Shown here in pieces: positions 14,051 to 27,751 of a stretch of 64,000 nucleotides of DNA; position 1 is the stretch's first letter, and the number at the start of each line of letters is the position of its first letter. This DNA is from Paecilomyces variotii (Eukaryota): the NCBI GenBank assembly GCA_004022145.1, contig RCNU01000008.1. The stretch is one strand, 5' to 3'. The translations under genes and the position numbers were made by a program. The notes below the pieces were generated by a model. It worked only from the letters and a program-made list of their open reading frames with translations, was not told the origin of the DNA and made no database searches.

Positions 14051-15374
14051 TCAGAACGGGGCGAAAGCAAGCTCATAGGCGAACGACAGGCTCATCTTCG
14101 CGTGCTGCAGCATATGATCGAAACTAAGATACTTAATCTTATCTTCCGTGCTGTGGATCTTCTTGTCAGAGTTCTCGAATTCAGACTCAATGACAAAGGC
14201 AGACGGATAGCCGTACCGGCTCGCCGATGCATGGTCCGAGCAGGCGTAGCCGCACTTGGTCTCAACGAAGGCAATGTCACAGTACTAATGATACAATCAG
14301 CAGCTACTCTCGGTTGAGCGTTGATTGGTGAGATTTCTTTACCGTGGTGATGACTTCCTTGATAAATTCAGTCAAGCCTTTGTCAACGTAGTCGACAATG
14401 ACACCGACAGACTCTTTCAGACCCTTATCAAGAGTGTCCTGGACATAACCAGTCATATCCTGCTGCAGCATAGCCTTCACATTCCTCCTGTCCTTGCTGT
14501 ACTGCGAGAAGATAGCCTGGGAGCCTAGCAAGCCTCCTTCCTCGGCGGAGTACCAGTGGAACTCAACCGTGTTGGTGGCGTTGCCGTGAGAGACATCCTC
14601 CGATTGCAGCAGAACACGGAGGGCCTCGAGGATAGTTACTGTACCGCTGCCGTCATCATCCGCACCTGGAGCAGCTAGGATAGACGGAAGGAACAGGTTA
14701 ATGCTGTCTTGATGGGCTCCCAACACTACAGTGTGATTGCTTTGACCAGGGATCCGAGCAATGATACTGAACTGACCCCAGGGATGGCTGAACTTCTCCA
14801 CAGTGGCGCCATAGTCTGCTGCGCCAGACTCCTTGATGATCTGCTCAACTTGGCCATATAACCAGGTTGCGGACTGGATACCAGTTTCCGACTTGTAATA
14901 GCGGGTGTGGAAGGATGTGAAATGTTCTAGGTTACGCTTCATGTGCTTCTTCGAGAGGTTCTTAGTGAGTGGTTTCACGGTGGTTTCGTGTGCCATCTTA
15001 GACGGATATCGGACGGTATTGTACGTATGGAACCTCGCATGCGAAGGGCTGGTGATTTCGGCTGTGACATCGATAAAATTGACTCCATCCTGTATGAGTT
15101 AGGAATTGGATCTTGCCAAAATGATTTCGATGTTTTATCCAATGCGGGATAGATAACAAAGGGGGCCAGTTACCAGCTTCAACGCCCACTTCTCCTCTTC
15201 CGTCACCCATCGTGTCTCATACGGCGCCAATTCGATAAGGTACTTCTCTGCAGTAGGTGAGACCTGATGTTCGACTGGTGCTCCAGCCAAGGGATGCTGC
15301 TGTTGGGGGAGAACAGCACCCAGCGCCGTGGTTGACGCTGCAGCTCCCAGCGCGACGGCTGTGAGGAACTTCAT
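14051..15374 (-). CDS. lap1: Secreted leucine aminopeptidase 1 (M28 metallopeptidase), multi-exon
   Basis: Signal peptide [13 protein letters not shown]; propeptide [23 protein letters not shown]; motifs [43 protein letters not shown]-terminus ELAFAPF*. Confidence 0.95.
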
Positions 15375-16761
15375 GATGGATTATGCGGGGGCAGCGACAG
15401 TAGCTGCAACGATGCGGGATGATCGGGATTCCCTTAATAATAATAATCGATAAGAAATCAACGAGCGATGCAAGGTACTGATAAAATCCGACGAGGGAAG
15501 ATGGAGTGCAAGCAGGTCGCTAGAGACAAGCTCATCGCACGTGAGCCGGGCAGGACGTGTCACACTGATGCTCGGCTTAGACTATCCAAATGTCGTTGCC
15601 TGACGCAAGGCTGCCGATCACCATTGGACCGCGGAGGAGCCGGGAGGGGAAACAGTTATTATAACTTAAGCATCCCATACTAGTTAACTACCCCGTAAGC
15701 CATCGAAACCTCACAGGAGGAATCATTTATTCAGAGTTCCGTGTGCTGGGGACTCTCTTCCAAGATCTAGTGGTCATTCGATGGCGGGTAACATGAGATC
15801 AACGCTCTAAGCCATGGGTCTCGGCCGATCGACACGGTACAGGCCAAGTACGGGGTAAAGCTGCCTTCTCCCCACGGGACGACGTCCATGAATATCGTTT
15901 CAGGTACATCGGTGAGTCGTGCACTGGGTAGTATGAGCCGGATGCAGTTCTACTCCCAGAGTGAAATATATCTTGCCGACAGTCGACATCATAGACGCAG
16001 TAACTATCTTCTGCTGTTGTAATCCGGGTTGGAAGAAGTCAATCAGGTTACACACAGCCCGCGTCGGCCCATTAATTAACTTAGTTGTCTGTGATACTGC
16101 CATCGAGCGAACCAAGGGCCCTAGAGATCTACTTAGGTCCAGAGTCATAAGGAATTCGTTGGAGTCGTAAATCGTAAATATGAGTCACGACCGTATCTGC
16201 CATTGCACGACTGGCGCGACGGATGAAGTCTACCCAGTATGTGCATATGTTCAAGCATCGATGTTCACAGTAATCGACTGCCCAGACGAAGATTCGAATA
16301 ATAAGTGACAATACCACGTAAGATATACAATGATCAAGGCGGATCGAAAGCTCAATGCAACTCGAGTATGTATGTACAATTGTACATAGATAGAGCAGTC
16401 AATCACGTCGAAGGACCCTGACAGTGTCACAGTGCGGACAAAAGCAGGGCTAATTTAGGGCTGCAGCGCAAACCGGCAAGCCCGCCAACCAGAGTGGCCA
16501 GCGGAACCACCTGGCACGCTATCAGCGATCTCTCCCTATCTCAACCGGTCCGAGTACTCTAAGTTAGTTATTATTACGCATTGCGTCTTATCTCCCCTCG
16601 CTCGATCTGTCCTCTTCTCTCCTGCAGTTCCGATCTCTCCAGAGCTTGTGCGGGGTCTTTAAGACTGTTACAGTCTCGAACAAGCCCAGCAAGAAGGATC
16701 TGTCTTTCCTTGATACATAGATCTTCCATACGGAGGTTCGGACAGGACACGATCTGCGACG

Positions 16762-18074
16762 ATGGCCATTCATCCGACTCTGCAGACTGCCGCGCCAGGC
16801 ACCCTGACGGCACAGCAGGCCCGGGCCATATCTGCTTGGACGGAACAGACTACAGCTTCGCTCCAGAACCTCACTATCTCTCAAGATGCCTCCACGGTGG
16901 CAGCAGGTACTGTTCTGAGAGGAACCAGTGTCTCTCTGACCATTCCCCTCGATGACCATCCGTCAACAACCGAACCACGTCCTGCTCCACGTGCGAAAAT
17001 TGCCAACGGTGCGGGTGAAGAGCGACCGCAACGCGTCTCGCTCAGCTACCGACATCGCGAGCCTAGCCGGCGGGACAGCCTCAAAAGACGGGAGGCCCTG
17101 CTCAAGGGGAAGGAAGGCAGCCGGCGTAGGCAGCGTTGGGAGAATGGTATGTCCCGAATGTTTGGCCGATATGGCATGGCCGCCAGTATATTCTCTGGTA
17201 GGCAACGGAAACTGGCCTCGACTGTCGTCTGGCTGTTTCCGTTGAGAATGAACGCGCTGACTCTTCCTGGTATCAAGACCGTCTTCTGAATAACCCTTGG
17301 GCTCAGCCGCCTGCTCCCACTGACTGGCTTCCCCAGCCAACATACCCGCGTCACGAGACCGTCCCCTACTACCTTGCGCCGCTGTGGGATGCTCACTATG
17401 CCCATCAGGACCGCACCCACAGCAAGCGTTCTTCCAAGCGCGAGGAGAAGCATCAGATCCCGAAGGAGCTTCGTATGAGGCTAAAGCATGCGCGTGCGGC
17501 CCGCGGACTGCTCCAGGACCTCGAGGAAGATATCAGACACTTCGTCCAGAAGTGGAACGAGAAGCAGCTGATGCTCGAGGACGAAGGTCTGACTGATGCT
17601 CCATCGCCCGCAGACATCTCTGAGGATGAAGATGAGATTGTCTTTGTGGGCAGAAACGGACAGATGCACGACTCTCCTGAGCGGAAGCGCGTGCTGAGAC
17701 AGATGCGAAAGGACCTCAGCCAGCATCAGGAGCGCGACGGAGAGAAGATGGTCTTTGAGAGTCTGGCCGGTGACCGCGGTGCTGGGTTTGGGTGGGTTAA
17801 CCCCCTCTTCATCTATGGATATCTGCATATGGCTAACAGTCACCGCAGACGCTGGCTCGTCCACTCTATTGCATCGTACTATGGACTTCACACCTGGTCT
17901 GTCACCATGGGCAACCCTTCCCGTCGTGCAGCCTTTGTTGGGTTCTATCCTCCTCCGCCTAGCACGCGGGATGAACAGGTTTCGCTTCCACCAGCCTCGA
18001 TGACTGCTTCTCGCCGGGACGTCACCATTAAGCCAGGAGAGCCACTTCCACGACCCCTTTGGGCCCAGATCTAG
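16762..18074 (+). CDS. R3H-associated N-terminal domain protein (two introns)
   Basis: RRDSLKRREALLKGKEGSRRRQRWEN|DRLLNNPWAQPP...LKHARAARGLLQDLEEDIR...RWLVHSIASYYGLHTWS, the last part an R3H-like RxxxH motif. Confidence 0.85.
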
Positions 18075-18798
18075 ATTTGTAATCGATTCCTCATTCTTTG
18101 CGTCAGATAGACGTGAGAGGCGTATTGTGCGCTGTATACTTTCCATTTGTTACAGGTGAGACAGGCGGGACGCGTCAGGGTATTCACTTGATACTACCGG
18201 GCATCGCAACCTGCCAGTGTAGGATATATCGAGAAACATTGTTTGCCCTTTGTTCTTCTGACAGAGTCATCATCTATAGATGTAAAACATTGCTTCACAT
18301 CTGCCGACAGGTATTATGTCGGGAGTGGAAGAAATGTAGCAGGAACTAACTCATCGACGACGCATAATTGGCATTAGTCGAGTTAAAGCTGGATTCACTC
18401 GATTCGAGATTTCCGGTAACAATGGCTGTATCATCGCCTATGAGCCCAACCTCTTTACAAATTATATCTAGATTAGGATCCCAAGCCGCACTGTGCGCCA
18501 GTTACCCTTTGAAATTGTTCAAACCAGGGGATGGCGGGGTATCTCCAGGCATTTGGAATTCCACTGGCAAATGCACTCTCGGCTATTCCTTACTGACGGG
18601 CTTGACAAAGTAGACTGGTCGATTTGCACACTTTGGGATATGTAGATCACTGTAATATGTGGTTTCCCAAGACTGATTTGACATATTGAAGAGCAAAGGT
18701 TGGCCCCACCGCTTTCACAATCGGTCCTCGCACCGAGAGCAAGTTTCCTTCTCGACACCAAATCCCCCCATAATTCGACAGAACATTACGAAACGAAA

Positions 18799-19664
18799 AT
18801 GGCGAACGACCAGCTTGAAGTAGCGGAAGTTAAGGCAGAAACAGCGGATGATGACGGACACGTAGGAGAACTTATCGCTAGTTTCCAGAGGTTCGTGCGA
18901 ATCGTCTCGATAGCAGTACCTGTACTAATATCATCAGTTTTTTCGCCTCCTCAACCTTCTCAGATCTGACAATAGTCACAAAAGATCAAGAATTCAAGGT
19001 GCATAAACTGATAGTCTGCTCTCAGTCTGGATTTTTCGCTCGGCTCTTTAAACAGAACTGGAAAGTAAGTTCTTCAAGGCGAAGACGGTAAGAGGTGAAC
19101 TCGAGCTTAATACAGACCTGATAGGAAGCAGAGGAGAACGTTGTACGGCTAAATGAAGATGATCCCAGAGCTGTAGAAGCAATGGTTCATTTTATGTATG
19201 GATTCAATTACAATAACAGCGGTAGCGAGCACGGCCGTGTTTCACCAATGCTTCTCAACGTCAAAGTCTACCAGGTTGCGGACAAATACGATATCCCGAA
19301 ACTCAAAGCGCAAGCGAAAGAGAACTTTACAGTTGCCATAAACAAATGCTGGGAAATGGACGACTTTCCAACTGCTATTGAGGACGCATACTCGACTACA
19401 ACCTCGGCGGATAGAGGCCTTCGAGATCCTCTTGTCAGCTTATCGTTAGAGCATATCGATATACTGCTGGATAACGAGGATTTCAAACAAGCCCTACGCA
19501 ACACTCTTGGCTTCGCCGCTGACCTTGTTCAAAGAAACGCAAAAGGAAAGCTATATCTGTGTCCTTGTTGTACTAACGAGTTCTATGTCGGTGCATCGTC
19601 AAGTTTCAGATATTGCCCCTTGTGCTCTCTTGAGTCGACTGACTGGGAAAAACATGCGAAATAG
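18799..19664 (+). CDS. BTB/POZ domain protein with a C-terminal Cys cluster (exons 18799-18890, 18938-19064, 19125-19664)
   Basis: Spliced FSDLTIVTKDQEFKVHKLIVCSQSGFF...WKEAEENVVRLNEDDPRAVEAMVHFMY...KVYQVADKYDIPKLK is a fungal BTB signature. Ends with CPCC...YCPLC. Confidence 0.9.
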
Positions 19665-21352
19665 ACCTCCACAATGCTTAGTCTATTCGAAAAATCCAGC
19701 TTCCTACAGTCAGTGCATTACCTATCATTTCTCTGAACTATCCTCCACAACAAAGATTTCCAGTTATTAGTCATGAACCCCTGACTTTTTTTTGGAAAGT
19801 ATCATAGAGAATAAGGACTTTGGGCTATACTGTGTATGCATCCTATATGCACTACACTGTACGTAAAATCTCATCAGGGACGGTCACCTGCAGCGCAGCC
19901 TAAACATAGGGATATAGAACCGCAGAACTCAATGAAGAATAAGGCCTTCGACACTCTCAACTACGTTTTGTCATCTTCGCACCTCCCGGAAAAGATTAAT
20001 TGGAGTGTCCCATTGGGACGTTGAGATTATTTTGTTGCCTGGACCAGACACTCTACAATAGATTTTAGGTGAGCATTAGCTGAGACTTCAGCTTCCGTCT
20101 GCAAGACCAAGTGATTTATGAGGAAATTTGCACACCGTCCTCGTCCTTGGGATAGAAGTACAATAGATTCCTGCTTTCAGGACCCATGCGACAATGTCAT
20201 ATCGCAGTGGTTGGGACGCATGGAAGACTTCCGGTACTGCACAGGTTGACCCAGGGGGTATATGGCGGCCCTGGGGAGAACCAGTGGTGGTAAAGTTACA
20301 GACATCTACTGGTGCTGGTGAGAGAGATGGACTCTGAGGGAGTTAAGATTGCCGCTTGAGATTGTCGACAGTGAGGCGTCGCTCTTCAATTCAAAACTGC
20401 AACATGACTTGTTCAACCCCTACATGGGCGGATAGAAGACATCCCGTTTGCTACGCTGTGTTCTACAAGGTGAGGTTAGCAATCAAACACACAAGGAGTA
20501 TGACATCGAATTGCCAGGAAAGCTCCTCGTGGGACGTTGGGTTCGAACTGTGGAAAGGACTAGCCAGAGGAGGTTTGCTGAAGGCATAGTAATCAGCGAG
20601 ATATTATTTTGTGCCGCTCGTTCTTCAGTACCTTGCTAGTCAGCTCAATTTTGGGGCGCTGGTAAAGCAAGAAATCTATCTGTACCTTATAGGATGCTCG
20701 AGTTGTACACTTGCCTCCTGTGCCATTTGGGATTCGACGCGTTGGCTACTATACCGGAATCCCCAAACTATATATATTTTGGACGACCTGTGCACTAACA
20801 TACATACATTCCATCCAGTAGCTTTATACATGAGAAATGGAAATGGATCAACGATATATTTCATTCAACTTCTATAACCTTGAATGTATACCCCTAAAAA
20901 TTAGAATAAGTCCCTCTGTCATACAGCCTGAGTTGAGTTGTCGAGCATATGGTACGCTGTTATAAACTCCCCTTGCGAGTCCCACAAGCAGTGAAACTTT
21001 TCTATATCCGCCCCATTCTTTAGGGCAACGGCTCACAGTAGAGATTAATAATCCCCACTCGTAACAACGGGCCACCCAATCCTATTCGTCTATTACCTTA
21101 TGCGGAAAACTTCAAGAGAAGGAATCGAGGGAAAAATTTTTTGGACGGTACAACAAACCCACAGCAACCCACAAGGACCATATGAATCACTATTTCGAAC
21201 CGCTATTCATCCAAGTAGCAGTTGAATAGCTCAGTTGGTAAAACCAGCTGCAGTTGTGAGATTCACTACTTACAGGATTCCTTCCTGGGTTCTCAACAGA
21301 TCTGAGCTCTCCGGTTCAGTCTGAGAGGATCGACGAAGGGTTTAAATGGCCT

Positions 21353-21453
21353 GCCGGGCTAGCTCAATCGGTAGAGCGTGCGGCTCTTAATTCCACGCAC
21401 AATATGTGCTTGTGGTCACCGCAAGGCTGCGGGTTCGACCCCCGCGTTCGGCT
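21353..21453 (+). tRNA. tRNA-Lys(CTT) with a 28-nt intron, copy 1
   Basis: Acceptor stem GCCGGGC/GTTCGGC, A-box TAGCTCAATCGG, anticodon arm TGCGG-CTCTTA-[intron]-A-CCGCA, T-arm GCGGG TTCGACC CCCGC. Confidence 0.95.
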
Positions 21454-21478
21454 CAATTCCGGACAATCATCCACTTTC

Positions 21479-21484
21479 TTTTTT
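21479..21484 (+). terminator. Pol III oligo-T terminator of tRNA-Lys copy 1
   Basis: T6 run about 25 nt after the tRNA 3' end. Confidence 0.6.
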
Positions 21485-21558
21485 GATCCTTCTTTTTGTA
21501 AACTTGACTAGATGTCTAGTTGTTAGAGCTCTTCTAGGATCGAGGGTTCAAAAAGCCT

Positions 21559-21659
21559 GCCGGGCTAGCTCAATCGGTAGAGCGTGCGGCTCTTATTTCC
21601 ACGCACAATACGTGCTTGTGGTCACCGCAAGGCTGCGGGTTCGACCCCCGCGTTCGGCT
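21559..21659 (+). tRNA. tRNA-Lys(CTT) with a 28-nt intron, copy 2
   Basis: Mature sequence identical to copy 1; two substitutions, both in the intron. Confidence 0.95.
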
Positions 21660-21683
21660 CAATTCCGGACACCATCCGCTTTC

Positions 21684-21689
21684 TTTTTT
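21684..21689 (+). terminator. Pol III oligo-T terminator of tRNA-Lys copy 2
   Basis: T6 run about 25 nt after the tRNA 3' end. Confidence 0.6.
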
Positions 21690-24522
21690 GATGTGTTTTT
21701 TGTCAACTTGATCTTCGATCAATCAAAATGACAAAAAGACAAGGAGAGTCTCGCAATATGACCGCAGAGGTGATCTGTTCCCTGAGATTTTGAAGCCTGA
21801 CCTCGCATATTATATTGCATCATAGTTATGATTTTGACTCTTGTTTGAGCAACCCCAACGCGAGGAGTCCAAGTAATGTAACACGTCGCATCAAATCATG
21901 GCGAATGTAAGTAGTGCAGCCTCTTTTTTGTGCATGTCCTTGCATTCGAGACACGTGATATCTTTCAGATCGATTGATTCTGCCAGCCAAGAAAGGCATC
22001 GAACCTTGGTTTCGGACCGATCCGATTAGTCGAACCATGGTACAGTGGTTGCAATTGTGAGTCTCGATATCGGCGTGCTATTTGATTTCCATGATGCTGG
22101 TATGGAATGAACAAGGACGATCCTTGCCGCACCGCTCGAGTGGTCCAGAGAAAAAGAGTTTGTCCAACTCTGGAGATTTCCAACCATTAGTCGCTCGTAG
22201 ATGAGGGCACAGACAGACCTATATCTCGGTTCAACCGTGGTTCGAATTTGACAATTTATGACGTCCTGGTTTCTGGAATACAACTGCAACTGTGTAACGA
22301 ATGCACAAAGTGGCTTTACACGATTTCTCAAAAAAGTCCATAGGTTCTCAGATGTACTGCTTGAGACATTCGAAGCCATGACCGCAATATTCGAGGTTTA
22401 TCAGTATTGCCTTATCTGGCCCACAGCGGTATGATCTGCAGTCAGTATATTGATCCATGGTCGGAACGCGATAAGTTGCGGCGACAGCACGAAGAAGGTC
22501 CCTTTAAGACCAAGAAGTTCAATAGGACGATAGAAGATCCTTCCCCACAGCGGGGTTGGCAGAAGCCGCAGAATCTCACCGGGTCAGGAACAGGTACAGT
22601 TTTCCGAGTGTTCAGAATAACGTTTGTTCACCGATATTTGAAATGAGACTTGAATGCATCATAATAGCGTATTTCTGCATGCTAGAGGGCATGTGCCCGA
22701 TGCCAAACACCTTGATATGACAGATCCTACGAGTCTGTACTACGGGATCTGACAGCGAGTCGTGCTGTAGGTAAACTCGCAGTCCGAATCACCGATTATC
22801 GGAAGTGATGGTAGCTGCAGCTCCAGAGAGGAGGGAACGAAAGCAAAAGAGTAAATATATCTTGACGCACGAGCAATTAACTAGCCCATCACCGCCCCCT
22901 GCAGGATCCCGTTGGCACTCCGCTTGCGCCAGAATAATAATATCTTGAGTACTGTCCTTCATATGCGAGACGGGGATAAATGAAACGGTCCAAGAAGGAC
23001 CGGACGATCGACCGTTTTTAGACTTTCATGCAGGATGATGGAACGAACGGAAAGGGTGCAGATGATTCGAACCGCGTGGTTTTGTGGCGGGGGAGGTGGG
23101 CTGTGACAACCAGCCCGCGATGAGACGGAGTAATTACCGAGATTCGACCATTTGCGTGGGTATTATCTGGGACGAGTATTAACTGGTTTGCCACAATTCC
23201 AGCAGAGAATAAAGAACGAGGTCGGGGAGATGGTGATTGACCACAGCTGGCAAGATTTCATCTGTGTGGAGGTATAAGTCGAGGATCCGTCCTGACTCCT
23301 ATGAGCTCTATAGGGCCACGACCCCAAGCCACGTACGGTGAGCCGTTAGAGTCAGTATACCATCATGAGAAAAACACATCTAGTGACCGTTGGTGGGGTT
23401 GAAACAGGGAGATGAGAGACGTTGCATAGCCCTGCCACTGCTGTTATCAATGACGGCGAGGATTATTATCGACACCTGAGGTACAGTACTTAGACATCAA
23501 GCTGCAACAACTTCAGGTGCTGCCAGTAGTGTGACGTGAAACCACGAGCGAACCTTCGGAAACAGGGGAAAGAATGCCATCAGTGACGCTGTCATCTGCC
23601 CTGGCTTCTGGACCGGATCATCAAGTCTCTTGGTGCCCTAAGAATAATGGGGTATCGGAGCCAAGGCAGACGGTGATGCATTCTTCCATAGACAGCGACC
23701 CTGCATCTCTAGTCGATATGACCTGGCTGGGTCCAGGCACTGACATACCAGAGACAATGGACGAGAGGCCGCCGTGCTTTCTTAGGCTGTGAGATGGAGC
23801 TGTCGCAAGGCGGGAGCGAGCAGGGCCAGAGCTGGCCCTTGTGTGCGTTGGTGGTCACGCTGAGTTGTCGGGATTCCTGAGGATCAAGGCGGATAACATC
23901 CAACTTCCCCTCCCTGGCCACGGGATATCATCGATGAAGCAACTCTCTGTCATCTTTCACCCTTCCACATTCACAGCGCCACCGTGGAAGAGCGCCAAGT
24001 TTGGCCTCGCACCCTGCGAAATCCCCCTTGTCCTTCACGTACCTTTTCTCTTGTCAGCCTTGCCCAGCCTGCGTCAGATACTACTTCTTAAATACCGCCT
24101 ACTATTATCTGACTCGCGTGGGCACGGAGCCATCGTCCGCGTCCAGTGATTGTCTTCCAATTTTCTAGAAGCACTTTCATCAGGCGGCGTCTGTTAGCAG
24201 CTTTTAAAGGCTAACTAAGCCATACGACTTGCAGCGCATGCTGTCGCTCTTCTGTTCAGTCCAAGGAGTCTTACCATATCCAACACTTAGTCTATGCGTT
24301 TCTGTGCCCTGACTGCCACCCATAGCCATGGAGCACTCGATCTAACTGATACCCCATCTGAGATCCTTCCATCCCTATATCTATACCCATCTGTTTAATA
24401 TTAGAATTTCTCCTCCCCAGCACTTCTGTCGATTTGAAACAAGAATATCACTGGTCTGATAATATCCGTGTTTTATCCATTCTTACGAGAAACCCCACCC
24501 CAAGCAAGGTGCTGTGTGCACA

Positions 24523-25837
24523 ATGGGCTCCCACAGCAGATCCACTCAAAGTCGCCATGGAAAGAGTGGCAGTTCCAGTTCAACCTACAGTGACGGCTCT
24601 GATCACTCGAGAAGCACTGCCCCGACTGTCTGTAGCGACCGTCCTTTTGTGAGGCATTTCGATCCTTCTGACCCATATCCTACTATCGATCCCCGTGACT
24701 CCATGTCCACTTATGCTTCTACAGAGCCATCCCTAGACGATGATGGCGAGGATGTACCCTACGAAGTGGTTGAGGAAAGGCATGAAGCGTTTCCATCAAA
24801 CCCCATTCCCTCTAACCCATCGACATTCGCGGTTCTATTTCCTTCAACGCGACGGATGGTCATTAGACATGACGACACCACTATCGACGGCAACATGAAT
24901 CTTCGAGTCGACAATTTGATCCCTGACAAGGCGGGTCGTCAGCAAGAGGTGACCTTGTTCCATCTGCGCATGCACGACCTACACAAAAGGGAATTCTCCT
25001 TCCGACGTTATTGCAGGGACTCTGGAAGAGAGGTCTGTCATTCAACCAGAAAGCGCAACGCACACGGTGTTGAGAAGCGACCGGTCTTGGAGAGATCGTT
25101 GAGCACCGTCTTGGAACGGTTCCGACGCGGATCCAGTGGGAGCACAAACACGACGACTGCTTTGAAACGTCTAGATCCAGGAACGGAGGAAGAAGCGTTA
25201 TTCGACGATGAAAGTACGTCCAGCAAAGATAGCCTGGAAAAATCAGCAGGCGATGAGAACACTATCCTGCTTGAATTCTCCAACTACGCTCATGTTGAAG
25301 TTAAGAGGAGAGGAAGCGGCTCATCGAAGCGGTACGAATTTGAATACTGGTCTACCAGATACCAGTGGCGTCGCGAGTACAAGAAAGATGGAGAGTTCCA
25401 GGAGATATCATTTCACCTGGTTGATATGGCAACATCTAAAGCTGTGGCTCATATCGTTCCTGAGCCCTTGACCCCAATGGAGAGTATCGAAGAGAAAAGC
25501 AAGGGCGGCTGGATTCCGCCGTCTTCGTTGTGGATCAGTGATTCGTCCGTCTACGAGAAGATGCACGATGTCGCAGAGTAAGTCCAACAATTACTATTAA
25601 TCTTGTTCTGGTACTAATAGACACAGTGTCTTTGTTGCTACTGGGTTGATCGCTCTGGTCGATGACTGGATCAGACGCCGCTGGCATAAGAAGCGACAAC
25701 TTCACCTAAGTATCCCCAGAAAAGCTTCCTTTATAGACCATGTGGATACCAGAAAATTCATTGAAGGCGTCTTCCACCGACGCGGGTCTGCCGACTCGCG
25801 TTATGATACCCAGCAGCAGGCCTCGAGTCATCCTTAG
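24523..25837 (+). CDS. Conserved-looking fungal hypothetical protein (exons 24523-25577, 25627-25837)
   Basis: Long ORF with globular blocks IRHDDTTIDGNMNLRVD, LFHLRMHDLHKREFSFRRYCRDSGREVCHS, LEFSNYAHVEV, YEFEYWSTRYQW and GGWIPPSSLWISD. The intron joins DVA|DVFVATGLIALVDD in frame. Confidence 0.85.
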
Positions 25838-27751
25838 ATCCATCTTCGTACTCATGATAAGGCATATAGCAAGCTAAGGGGTGGCTGTCTTGATTTACTT
25901 TTGAGTGATGTTTCTTATGATGCAACTCTCTCCCCTTATGGTACTTCGCCAATCAAAAACCCTCCAGACTCGAGCTTGTACATCAGTATGGGTGACGCAG
26001 CCTTTATGTTACGAGGCGAGGCACCAGGTTTGGACGTACTTCTTCTTCTTCTTCTTTTCTTTTTTTCACATTACTATTGTTCTCTTATTTGGGCCAGCAG
26101 TTCTGTCACGGTGAACGGATCAATATCAGTGATTCCCTGGAGATGCCACAGTCATCATCTCATGACACTAGCTAATATGTGATGTGCTGGAGATGTACTA
26201 TAACGTTATCACCTCTTGCACTAGACAACATACAGTGAAGTTTTAAAAGACCCAACTTGTTCACGTTACCTCGTAGTGATTGCAAGCTCAACACAGCTCA
26301 CTGCAGTCTATTTTTGGGGCGTACACGTTGTATCTAAGAAGGATGATCGATGGCTGTTGTGTGTTGTCGACACGGTCAGATAGACTGGGTCACCTGTTCG
26401 GGAGCGGGCAAGTCAACTCGCTTCGCCTCGAGACCTCCGTTCTTCCAACTCACCCTCCCGAACTTAGACGAACAACCTTGTCCGCACAGCAGACCTTTTG
26501 GAATTGATCAGCCTGTTTAATATCTAACGAAGCTGTTCATCTCGTTTCTTCCTCGAACCTCGCAATGACCGCCTTGATGATGCAGGTATGAATGCCCAAC
26601 ACGGTGCCAGAGGAAAGCAACGAATCACCGATCCCCTGCTCCGGACAGGCTAGGAAGAATCATCTATATCCAATGTCTGTCTTGCCTTTCATCGCTGGCA
26701 TTGCGTCTGCTGCATGTCAGTCAGAGAAGGCCAGGATGTTGAACTGTCAGTCTCGCGATATCAAAGACTTCTTTGCTTCGGGCCACCGTTCTCTGCCCGG
26801 GGGAGGCGTTCATGCAAGTCGATCCGGTTTGCCTCCGCTAGCAATCGCCGCAGGAATGGAGATGCTTTTTTCGGTTCTCTTCTGTAGCATGCAGAAGCGT
26901 CTTTCCCGGGCCTTGCTCTTATTTAATCACTGCTGAGCTGGCATTTTTTTTCTGGGCCCGCTTTGAATTTGCGCGGCCCAACTGGCTTACTTTGACTGCC
27001 AGAGTTTCTCAATTCGTCGCTGGCTGTGATGGGTCCCCCTCCGCTTTGGGCAACGAGGCCCCCATCTCGAAAACCTCCACCTTTCGGAGAAGAGTTGAGG
27101 CCAATGCATATTATTACCCAGCCAAAACCACGTTCCTGTTGCTGTTTGGGGGGAAGTTCGAGCCCGTCCACCCTTTCCGCCGCCTGGGAGGTCGTCCCGC
27201 CGGATGGCCCCTCGTCTCGGAAATGCCTATGGCTACAGCAAAGACTAGGATCGGTTCTTGGGAGTTGACGTTCTTGACACCAGAGATTTTAATAGGCGTG
27301 CGGCGGGCCGTCCCAGCTTGCAGCCTCAAATGATCCGCATTGCTCCCTCCGTGCATCCTGCGTTCACTGGGTGGAGGATAAGGAGGGGCATTTCGCTGAC
27401 GCGATGCAATTGCCCACAACAACATGCATGAGCCCGTCCTTGGGTTTTCTGGTTAGTTGCAGTCTATGTTGCGCGAAATGCTGTGGCTTTCACAGATACG
27501 CTCTGCACGCCGATGACAACCCCCCCGGTTTATATGACTCCCCGCCTCCCATATCTGTCACGATATCGAGAGGGGCAATGGACTCCTGCAAAAACAATAC
27601 TTAAATCTTAATATTCCAGCCCGTTGCAGTCTTAACGCTTCTTTGCAGCTTCCGCATCATTCTACCAAGGGAGGCATTTCTTTGACAACCTACTAGCTCC
27701 TACGATTCCCTCACGTGTGGTGGCATTCTTTGTGTTTCTTTCAACATCAAG

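Noticed and set aside
20250..20640. Possible HET-domain relic (ERWTLREL resembling RxWTLQE)
   Set aside because: A single weak motif with no other HET blocks.
21960..22650. Coding-like fragments downstream of the tRNAs
   Set aside because: Could not be joined into a coherent gene or assigned to a family.
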